From the NCBI GenBank assembly GCA_001783695.1, contig MFNE01000043.1:77062-141061 (forward strand): a DNA stretch of 64,000 bases, in the 5' to 3' direction. The notes under the pieces were generated by a model, which saw nothing but the letters and a program-made list of their open reading frames with translations, was not told the origin of the DNA and made no database searches. Made by a program: the position numbers and the translations under genes. Origin of the DNA: Candidatus Lambdaproteobacteria bacterium RIFOXYD2_FULL_50_16 (GTDB lineage Bacteria; SAR324; XYD2-FULL-50-16). Positions 19,974 to 27,967 of the stretch are shown here, piece after piece. Positions within the stretch are counted from its first letter, which is position 1, and the number at the start of each line of letters is the position of its first letter.

Positions 19974-20135
19974 GATAAAAGCCAAAGAAAGCCCAAGGGA
20001 TTCAGGCTATTACATTGAAGGCAGGGGGTAGGCTAAAAGGGTAATATTTTCTATTTAAACAACCAGTGGGCGCGGATTAAGTAGGGGATGTTGAGACTTT
20101 TATAGCAAAGGCAGAAGCTAGGCTTTTAAAAAAGG

Positions 20136-21041
20136 CTAATCAACCAACTGCAACGGGTTGATGTATTTGATCGGATTCTGAGGCACCGCGTTAAAGGTAA
20201 CTTCATAGTAAAGTTGCGGACCTGTTGTCCGGGGGGTATTGAGGATTTGCCCCATTTCCTGCCCCCTTCTAACCACCTGACCAGGCTCAATCTGTAGATT
20301 AGATACAAACCCATAACGGGTTTGAATGCCATTGGCATGGTCCATCACAATCAACTCACCAAAATATTCGTCCTCTCCCGCGTACTGGACAATACCGTCT
20401 GCTGGGGCCGTAAGGAACGTAAGCGCTTTAGTGGCGATAATCACCCCGTGTTGGGGGCGGGCTTGACCTGTAAAGGCATCGTGCAACATCCCAAACTCAT
20501 TGGTTACATAACCTCTAACGGGCCAGCCTTGGGGCACCCGCTTCATGGGGTTGCTAGTCTCTTTAAAGAAATCCATTAGCTGTAGAAATCTGTTTTCAAT
20601 AGCTTTTTTATCCTGATCTGCTTCTGAAAGGTCCGAAGAGATTACCTCTAAAATCCCCTTCTCTTTCGCCTTGGCAAGAGTGCTAGCTTGGGTCGTCTCG
20701 TCTAGTTCTAGGCTAGGTTTAGACTCGAAAGTCTGGCTAGTAAGGCGTTTTAGTTTTAGATAAAGCCCGTTTAGATGGTCAAAATAAACCTGGGTCGCCG
20801 CGTAACGCTGATCAAATTCCTTGATTCTCGATTCTGCCTCGTCATAATGTTTTTGATTTTCTTCGAGATCAATCAACCCAGTGCGAATGCTGACATAGTC
20901 GTAAACCACCCATCCCCAAAGGGAAAATAGCAGCACCAACAAAAAAGAGACCAACAATAAGGACCGAAACGAAACCTTGAGTCGCTTAATTGCCCCGGTC
21001 TTTTCGGGAATAAAGATAAAGGTGATAAACTTGCCTAACAT
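20136..21041 (-). CDS. M23/LytM-family protein with degenerate Zn ligands
   Basis: N-terminal TM and coiled coil, then WPVRGYVTNEFG, APADGIV, DHANGIQTRYG, TTGPQLYYEV, NP. Confidence 0.85.
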   Translation of the reverse strand: MLGKFITFIFIPEKTGAIKRLKVSFRSLLLVSFLLVLLFSLWGWVVYDYVSIRTGLIDLEENQKHYDEAESRIKEFDQRYAATQVYFDHLNGLYLKLKRLTSQTFESKPSLELDETTQASTLAKAKEKGILEVISSDLSEADQDKKAIENRFLQLMDFFKETSNPMKRVPQGWPVRGYVTNEFGMLHDAFTGQARPQHGVIIATKALTFLTAPADGIVQYAGEDEYFGELIVMDHANGIQTRYGFVSNLQIEPGQVVRRGQEMGQILNTPRTTGPQLYYEVTFNAVPQNPIKYINPLQLVD

Positions 21042-21045
21042 GGGC

Positions 21046-21240
21046 TCAAATTAGACTGTGGGACACAAGCTTTAACAAGAGGATCAAAAGTCCGGCCACC
21101 CCTTCAACTAGAGCCAGCTTTTTGATATCCAAGTTAGGGAAATAGTCTTCTAACCAGTTTTGCACCTTCCTCAGATTCGTCAGCGCGAAAAAACTGTCGG
21201 CGACCATCAACAAGGCTAGGAAAGTGATTAGTAGGTTCAT
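21046..21240 (-). CDS. Small membrane protein (2 TM)
   Basis: Fills the gap between mlaD and the M23 gene on the same strand; two hydrophobic segments. Confidence 0.6.
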   Translation of the reverse strand: MNLLITFLALLMVADSFFALTNLRKVQNWLEDYFPNLDIKKLALVEGVAGLLILLLKLVSHSLI

Positions 21241-21281
21241 GGGCAAACCTAGCGCAAATTTCGGCAGGCGGCAAGCCTCGC

Positions 21282-22916
21282 CTACGGCGCGGTAACCGCG
21301 GTAGCTGCCGGGCCTAGAAGGGACTTCATATAATCTTCAGTAAAGCTGATCCCAATCCCCACATAGGGGTTTTGCAGCTTTTTCCCCGCTTGATCGGACT
21401 GGGTATTAAGTGCGTCATCCATCCCGGCAACGGCGTAGAAATTCTGCGTAAATCGCCAATATCCCCCGGTGGTTAGATGAACCGGCAGATCAGCACGGCT
21501 GAATTCATAAAGGTCCAGGTTAAAGCGGTACTGGTCGTTTTTACCAAAAAATTGGTGCACCCCAAAACCAGCAGTGTTTTCGTACAATCCAAACAACAGT
21601 TCTGTATCAAAAAACCGTTGGGCCACCATCAGGCTCATACGGAAGGTGTCGCGGCTCTGGTAGGCAGTCTCGTCGCTAATAACCACGTCCGTGCTGGTGT
21701 CCACCGTTTTGGTGCGGGTTGAAGTGATTTTCCCGCTGGGGTGGTTTACTAAACGCAAAATATAATAATGATCCCGCACGGGCCGCAATTTGACATCCAC
21801 ATAAGACTTGTTGGTCCCTTGATTTAACAGCCGTTCGCTTTCAAAACCTACTTCGATCTTAAGTTTATTAATCGGATTAATAAACTCATTAACCCCGTCC
21901 AGGGCAGACTGGATGGAGTCAATGGTTTGCTCATCGTTAATCAAGCGCCCTACCGTGCCTTCGCCAGTGTCGATTTTATAAGCAATACTTTCAACCTGAT
22001 CCATCGCCGAATTTAAGTTTTCAGAGGCCGCCTTGATCTCGGCCATAGTGTCTTTGAGGTTCTGGCGATTTTCTTTTAAAATACCTTTTAAGTCGCCCGT
22101 AATCTCGGGGCCGTCTTCGGCCAAGCGGGCGAGTAGTTTATCTAGCGAACTAATTGACTTGTTGATCTCTTCAGAGTTGGCGTCAATAAAGCGGTTGAGT
22201 GATTCGGAGAAGTCCCGGAAGTTAGCGATGGTGTTACGCAGTTCTTCTTTATTCTCCCCGGTTATCTGGGCTAAATCAGAAGACAAGGTCTCCAAGTTGG
22301 CCAAAATGCCCCCAATCTTTTCGTTAGTTTTGATCAAGGTTTGGTCCAGATTGCCGGTCAGGTTTTCTAGGTTGTCCATGATCGCTTTGATCTGTTTCTC
22401 CCCGCGCTCCCCACCGACGGCGGCATTAATAGCGCTGGTGACGTTGCGAACATCGGACAAAATATAAGACAGATCCTCTACTAACGAATCCAGGTCGCCA
22501 CCTGGGGCAATCAGTTGGATGCGGTCGCCGTTTTGTAAGGTTTGCTGGTTTTGGTCACCTAGGGTGACCTCAATATATTTGTCCCCCAAAATGCCAATCG
22601 ACTTGATCATTGCTTGGCTATTGGTGCGCAGGCGGTATTTGTCGTAAACCAATAGGGTCACTTCGGCCCGGCCATCAACCAAATCAATGTCATTGATCTC
22701 GCCTACCTGAATCCCAGCCACCTTTACCGCCGTACCCAAAGCCAAACCGCTGACGTTGTCAAAGGTCACTTTTAGTCGGTAAGTCCCTTTTAGATCGGGG
22801 TCATAGCGGGTCACCTTGATCGAAGCTATCGCCAGAAAGGCCATGGCTGCGAGCACCAGAAGACCGACGTTCATTTCGGTCTTTAATCGAGCTAGTTTTT
22901 TTAAAAAATCCAGCAA
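21282..22916 (-). CDS. mlaD: MCE/MlaD family protein, long form (MCE + helical region + C-terminal beta-rich domain)
   Basis: TM anchor, FDNVSGLALGTAVKVAGIQVGEI, GILGDKYIEV, long heptad region, GEGTVGRLIND, aromatic/beta-strand C-terminus. Confidence 0.88.
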   Translation of the reverse strand: MLDFLKKLARLKTEMNVGLLVLAAMAFLAIASIKVTRYDPDLKGTYRLKVTFDNVSGLALGTAVKVAGIQVGEINDIDLVDGRAEVTLLVYDKYRLRTNSQAMIKSIGILGDKYIEVTLGDQNQQTLQNGDRIQLIAPGGDLDSLVEDLSYILSDVRNVTSAINAAVGGERGEKQIKAIMDNLENLTGNLDQTLIKTNEKIGGILANLETLSSDLAQITGENKEELRNTIANFRDFSESLNRFIDANSEEINKSISSLDKLLARLAEDGPEITGDLKGILKENRQNLKDTMAEIKAASENLNSAMDQVESIAYKIDTGEGTVGRLINDEQTIDSIQSALDGVNEFINPINKLKIEVGFESERLLNQGTNKSYVDVKLRPVRDHYYILRLVNHPSGKITSTRTKTVDTSTDVVISDETAYQSRDTFRMSLMVAQRFFDTELLFGLYENTAGFGVHQFFGKNDQYRFNLDLYEFSRADLPVHLTTGGYWRFTQNFYAVAGMDDALNTQSDQAGKKLQNPYVGIGISFTEDYMKSLLGPAATAVTAP

Positions 22917-22924
22917 CTGAGGAC

Positions 22925-23674
22925 CTAATAATAAATGTTAAACGGGCCATTTAACTGACCCTCTACAAACTGGCGGACTAAGGGGTTGTCTGTATTTTGG
23001 GCTGCTTGGGTTGTATCATCAAACACCACCTTTCCTTCATACAGCATAGTAATTTTATCAGCGATGCGGTAGGCCGAGGCCATGTCATGGCTGATCACCA
23101 CATAGGTACAACCGGTCTGGGCTTGGGTATCCAGAATCAGTTGGTCGATTACGTGGGTCACAATCGGATCAAGCCCCGAACTGGGCTCGTCAAACAGCAC
23201 CACTTCTGGGTCTAACGCAATGGCGCGAGCTAGCCCCACCCGTTTGCGCATCCCTCCCGATAGATCGGTGGTCGCCTTTTTTTCCGCATTAACCAACCCT
23301 ACTAGCTTCAATTTTTCCATCACCAAGGTTTGGATCTCTTCCTCACTTTTGTGGGTATGTTCGCGCAAGGGAAAGGCGACATTTTCCATCACATCCATCG
23401 AGTCAAACAAAGCGGAATCCTGAAAAAGCATCCCAAAACGTTTGCGGTTGTGCCGCCAAGTTTTTTGGTCCCATTCACTTGTATCTTCGCCACCTATCCA
23501 AATTTTTCCGTTATCAGGCTTAATAAATCCCATTACATGCTTTAAAATTACTGATTTTCCCGCACCTGATCGCCCTATAACTACACTAATTTTGCCCTTG
23601 GGAAAGGTTAGATCAACCCCGTTTAAAATAGGTTGGGCCCCAAAGGATTTGGTTACCTGTTCAAAACGAATCAT
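22925..23674 (-). CDS. mlaF: MlaF-type ABC transporter ATPase
   Basis: Walker A GRSGAGKS, GMLFQDSALFDS, LSGGMRKRVGLARA, FDEPSSGLDP, SHD. Confidence 0.93.
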   Translation of the reverse strand: MIRFEQVTKSFGAQPILNGVDLTFPKGKISVVIGRSGAGKSVILKHVMGFIKPDNGKIWIGGEDTSEWDQKTWRHNRKRFGMLFQDSALFDSMDVMENVAFPLREHTHKSEEEIQTLVMEKLKLVGLVNAEKKATTDLSGGMRKRVGLARAIALDPEVVLFDEPSSGLDPIVTHVIDQLILDTQAQTGCTYVVISHDMASAYRIADKITMLYEGKVVFDDTTQAAQNTDNPLVRQFVEGQLNGPFNIYY

Positions 23675-23678
23675 GGTT

Positions 23679-24530
23679 TCACAGCAAAAAAGCGCCAATA
23701 AAATAGTCGGTTAGCAAGATTACTACCGATCCAATCACCACCGCTTGCGTGGTTGCCTGCCCCACACCTTGAGCCCCGCCACGGGTGTAAAACCCTTTGT
23801 AGCAGCCAATAAATGCCAAAATGAAGCCAAAGATCGAAGACTTGATTAAACCCTTGAGGATTTCGGCGATTCCTACAAAATCATCAATCTTCGCAAAAAA
23901 GACCCCTTCGTCTAATTGCAGCAATACGATGGACACCAACCAGCAAGCGATCATACCAATCATATTAAAAATCATGGTCATCACCGGGAGGATCAAGGTA
24001 CCCGCAACCAGCCGAGGGGACAGGAGGTATTGCACTGGATCCACCGCCATTGATTCGAGCGCGTCAATCTGTTCGGTAACCCGCATGGTGCCTATTTCGG
24101 CGGCGATTGCCGAAGCCACCCGCCCATTGATCATCAAAGCCGCCATTAAGGGCCCCAATTCCCTGGCCATGATCAACGCCACCACCCCTCCCACCAGGTT
24201 TTCACTACCAAAATTGCGTAAGGTGTGGGCCAGTTGCAGGCTTAAAATGGCCCCAACCGCAAACCCGGTCAAGGTGATCACCACCAAAGACTTGTTGCCA
24301 ATAAATTCGAGTTGTTTTGTAAAAAGTCGCCAACGAAAGGGCGGGCGGAACAGGGCCGCGACCGCAGCGGCGCAGAGAAACCCAGCGCGACCCAGGGTCA
24401 AGACCTGATGGATCGAAAAACGTCCTACCGACTCGGGAACCTGTCGGTAGGATTGTTCTCGGATTGTTTGTGCGAGCCCTTCTAAGCTCGCCGCAACCCA
24501 AGCCTTAACCCCAAAAATGGACCGCTTCAC
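23679..24530 (-). CDS. mlaE: MlaE-type ABC permease
   Basis: RELGPLMAALMINGRVASAIAAEIGTMRVTEQIDALESMAVDP, GAQGVGQATT. Confidence 0.95.
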   Translation of the reverse strand: MKRSIFGVKAWVAASLEGLAQTIREQSYRQVPESVGRFSIHQVLTLGRAGFLCAAAVAALFRPPFRWRLFTKQLEFIGNKSLVVITLTGFAVGAILSLQLAHTLRNFGSENLVGGVVALIMARELGPLMAALMINGRVASAIAAEIGTMRVTEQIDALESMAVDPVQYLLSPRLVAGTLILPVMTMIFNMIGMIACWLVSIVLLQLDEGVFFAKIDDFVGIAEILKGLIKSSIFGFILAFIGCYKGFYTRGGAQGVGQATTQAVVIGSVVILLTDYFIGAFLL

Positions 24531-24536
24531 GCCAGT

Positions 24537-27500
24537 TTAGGGAACCGGAGAGGGTTCAACTCCCCAGATCTCCTTGGCATATTGGTCGATCACCCGGTCT
24601 GAACTAAACTTACCCATGCGGGCCACGTTCAGAATCGACATTTTGGTCCATTGTTTTTGGTCTCGGTAGGCTTCTGCAACTTGAGATTGGCAATCCACAT
24701 AGCTACGGAAGTCAGCAAGCACCATAAAATGGTCCCCGTGATTCACTAAAGTGTCATAAATCCCTACAAACTGATCTGGCTGATTGGGGGAAAAATAACC
24801 GTCGCGAACCTGTTCTAAGACCCGCTTTAGCTCCCAATCTTGAGCGATGTACGCTTGTGGATTATATCCTTGAGAACGGATTTGGCGAATCTCTTCTTCA
24901 GTTTTGCCACAGATAAAAATATTCTCCCGGCCTACCTCTTCCATAATTTCAATATTGGCCCCATCCAAGGTGCCAATGGTCAAGGAGCCGTTTAAAGCAA
25001 ACTTCATGTTACCCGTGCCTGAGGCCTCCATCCCAGCAGTCGAAATCTGCTCAGATAGATCGGAGCCAGGGAATATTTTTTCAGCTAAACTGACCCCGTA
25101 GTTGGGCAAAAAGACCACCCTAAGTAGCCGCCCAACCCGCCGGTCACGGTTGACCAAGTTGGCCACCCCGTTGATTAAGTGAATAATCTCCTTAGCCCTT
25201 TGGTATCCAGGGGCTGCTTTACCGCCAAAAATCACGGTCCGGGGCACAAAGCCTTCCAAGTCACCGTCTTTAATGCGGTTATAAAGCAATATGACGTGAA
25301 GAATATTAAGCAACTGCCGCTTGTATTCGTGAATCCGTTTGACCTGTACGTCAAAGAGGCTGTCCACTTCAACCTGAACATGACAAATCGAGTGAATCAA
25401 GTTAGCCAGCTGGATCTTGTTTTTGCGTTTGACCTTGCGCCAAGAATCTTGAAAGCCAGTGTCCTCGGCAAAGGCTTCTAAGCGTTTGAGCTCGTCAAGG
25501 TGTTTAACCCAATGGTCGCCAATCTTAGAGGTGATCAGTTGCGAGAGTTCTGGATTGCAATGCTTAAGCCACCGTCTTGGGGTGATCCCGTTGGTTTTGT
25601 TATTAAATTTTCCTGGATACAACTCAAAAAAGTCGCGGAAAATTCCGGCAGTAAGCAGTCTCGAATGGAGTTCGGCTACCCCATTTACTGAATAACTACC
25701 GACAATCGCCAAATGAGCCATACGCACCTGTCCGTCTCCGACAATCGACATACGGGCTCGCCGGTCAAAATCGCCGGGGAAGTAGGCGGCAACTTGGTCT
25801 AAAAACCGCTGATTGATCTCGTAAATGATCTGTATATGCCTGGGCAAAATCTGACCCAACAGGTCCACTGGCCAGGTCTCTAAAGCCTCTGGCAAAACGG
25901 TGTGGTTTGTGTAGGCAAAGGTGTTGGTAGTCACCTCCCAAGCGTCGTCCCACTCGAAATTGTATTTGTCGAGCAACAGCCGCATCATCTCGGCAATGGC
26001 GATTGAAGGGTGGGTGTCGTTTAACTGAATGGCCACCTTGTTGGGCAGGTTGTGTACCGTGTCCCCACATTTTTCTAAACGCTCAATGATGTCTTGAAGG
26101 CTGGCCGAAACCATAAAATACTGCTGTTTTAGCCGCAGTTCCTTGCCTTGGTAACTCTTGTCGTTTGGATAAAGCACCTTAGAGATTACTTCGGACTGGT
26201 GTTTATCAACAATCGCTTCAATGTAGTTCCCTTCGTTAAAGGTCGCTAGGTTAAAGGATTCGGTCGAACTCGCCCGCCATAGTTTTAAGGTGTTTACGTT
26301 GTTGGTGCGGTATCCAGGAATGGGCACGTCATAAGCAACCGCGTTAACCCGTTCCCCTTCTTCCCAGATGTCTCGGTGTTGATCCTTGACATTGCGAAAG
26401 CCGGTAACCCGGCCCCCAAAGTGGACCTCGTGGCTGGCTTCGGGCCGAGCGATTTCCCAAGGGGTGCCGTCGTGCAACCAATTATCAGGGTGCTCGCGTT
26501 GCTGTAGATTTTCGATGGTTTGGTTAAACATCCCATACTCATAGCGGATGCCATAGCCGTATGCGGGCAGTTCCATGGTAGCCATCGAGTCCAAGAAGCA
26601 GGCGGCCAAACGCCCCAAGCCCCCGTTGCCCAAACCGGCGTCTTTTTCCAGATCTTCGACCAAATCAAGGCTGGTTCCAAGCTCTTCTAAGGCCAGCCGC
26701 GCGGCTTCGGTCATACCTAAATTGAGCAGGGCGTTCCCCATGGTGCGACCCATTAAAAACTCTAGGCTTAAATAATACACCCGCTTGGGATTGGTGTCAT
26801 AATAATGGCTCTGGGTCTTAATCCACCGGTCGATCATCTCGTCGCGGATGGTGTAAGCCAGCGCGTCGAACTGATCTCGCTTGGAGGCGACGGCCATGTC
26901 ACGGCCCACGGTTAGATTCATCCTCCGCACATAGCGCCGTTTAAACCGCTCTACCATCCACCTAAGCTCTTCGCCTGCAGGTTCAGGGTGTTCAATCTTG
27001 GGGCTTTGCGACTGGGGGGCGTCAAAAGATTGGGCCGGATAGTCCTCGGCTTGGATTTCCTCTTCTGGGGAAGCTAGGGGTTTTTCGCTGCCCACTGGAT
27101 TGAGTTCCTCTTGGGATGGGTCCATCTTTTCCTCGCTTAGTTGTTCTTGAGGCTCCATTGGCCTCGATACACTTGTTTTAGTTGTTTGCCCGTTTGACTC
27201 TACCCGGGCCAATCCTTCAAAGTCATCTGGTAAGGCCAGTATTGGTATTCCTTCGGTCAAGGCTATTTCTGTTGGCTCTTGAGGCTCTTTTACACCTGTG
27301 ACCGCTTCTGGTTCCTCGTGGAGGTCAGCCACCTCCAAAGGTTCCTCGGACTTTTCTAGGTTGGCAGTAAAACCATACCCAGTCGCGGCTTCTGCCGTAG
27401 CCCCCCTTATTCCGCCCTCTATTTCCAAAGCCAAGCTCAATTCTTCGATCGGCGCCTCTGGCTCTTCGGTTTCCTCAAAAGCAACCCCTGTTTCAACCGC

Positions 27501-27791
27501 CATTTCCTCATCGGCGACTTCGTTGGCGGCCTGAACTATGGGGGTGGCTACCGCTTTCAAACTAAGTTCCGCTAGCTCCTCAAGCGGCTCTTGGGGTTCT
27601 TCTAGTCCAGTTTCCTCGAATTCCAGCACCTCTTCTCGCTCAGGCTCACCGGCCAACCAAGCAGGACTTCCAAAGTCCGATCCAGCACGGTCCATCGGGA
27701 TAGACAGGGGCTCGGTTTTCGGCGGAGGTGGCGGGGTCAATTCGTGAGAATCGACACTTCTTGGATTAGGGTAGCGAATATCATCAGCCAT
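24537..27791 (-). CDS. glgP: Glycogen/maltodextrin phosphorylase with long acidic N-terminal extension
   Basis: YYLSLEFLMGR, GLGNGGLGRLAACF, LNDTHP, YTNHT, KRIHEYKRQ, and the PLP-lysine motif EASGTGNMKF. Confidence 0.95.
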   Translation of the reverse strand: MADDIRYPNPRSVDSHELTPPPPPKTEPLSIPMDRAGSDFGSPAWLAGEPEREEVLEFEETGLEEPQEPLEELAELSLKAVATPIVQAANEVADEEMAVETGVAFEETEEPEAPIEELSLALEIEGGIRGATAEAATGYGFTANLEKSEEPLEVADLHEEPEAVTGVKEPQEPTEIALTEGIPILALPDDFEGLARVESNGQTTKTSVSRPMEPQEQLSEEKMDPSQEELNPVGSEKPLASPEEEIQAEDYPAQSFDAPQSQSPKIEHPEPAGEELRWMVERFKRRYVRRMNLTVGRDMAVASKRDQFDALAYTIRDEMIDRWIKTQSHYYDTNPKRVYYLSLEFLMGRTMGNALLNLGMTEAARLALEELGTSLDLVEDLEKDAGLGNGGLGRLAACFLDSMATMELPAYGYGIRYEYGMFNQTIENLQQREHPDNWLHDGTPWEIARPEASHEVHFGGRVTGFRNVKDQHRDIWEEGERVNAVAYDVPIPGYRTNNVNTLKLWRASSTESFNLATFNEGNYIEAIVDKHQSEVISKVLYPNDKSYQGKELRLKQQYFMVSASLQDIIERLEKCGDTVHNLPNKVAIQLNDTHPSIAIAEMMRLLLDKYNFEWDDAWEVTTNTFAYTNHTVLPEALETWPVDLLGQILPRHIQIIYEINQRFLDQVAAYFPGDFDRRARMSIVGDGQVRMAHLAIVGSYSVNGVAELHSRLLTAGIFRDFFELYPGKFNNKTNGITPRRWLKHCNPELSQLITSKIGDHWVKHLDELKRLEAFAEDTGFQDSWRKVKRKNKIQLANLIHSICHVQVEVDSLFDVQVKRIHEYKRQLLNILHVILLYNRIKDGDLEGFVPRTVIFGGKAAPGYQRAKEIIHLINGVANLVNRDRRVGRLLRVVFLPNYGVSLAEKIFPGSDLSEQISTAGMEASGTGNMKFALNGSLTIGTLDGANIEIMEEVGRENIFICGKTEEEIRQIRSQGYNPQAYIAQDWELKRVLEQVRDGYFSPNQPDQFVGIYDTLVNHGDHFMVLADFRSYVDCQSQVAEAYRDQKQWTKMSILNVARMGKFSSDRVIDQYAKEIWGVEPSPVP

Positions 27792-27967
27792 AGCCTTACA
27801 TTCAAAGGGTTGCAGCGTCCTGCAAGGCGTATCTTAGGTGAAGCCATAACCAATTGCAAGCTAACATAAAGACCCAGCCCGGCTGGCTCTTTAACTTGAA
27901 CTTAGGCTCGCTAAAGCAAGATCATACACCCAGGCCCCTCCCCCATTTGAGTCGGAACTGCGAAATC

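Noticed and set aside
23821..24408. 195-aa antisense ORF over mlaE, and many similar 60-145 aa shadow ORFs over rpsA, glgP, dsrAB, the kinases and the Na/Pi transporter
   Set aside because: They lie antisense or out of frame within well-supported genes and carry no motifs.
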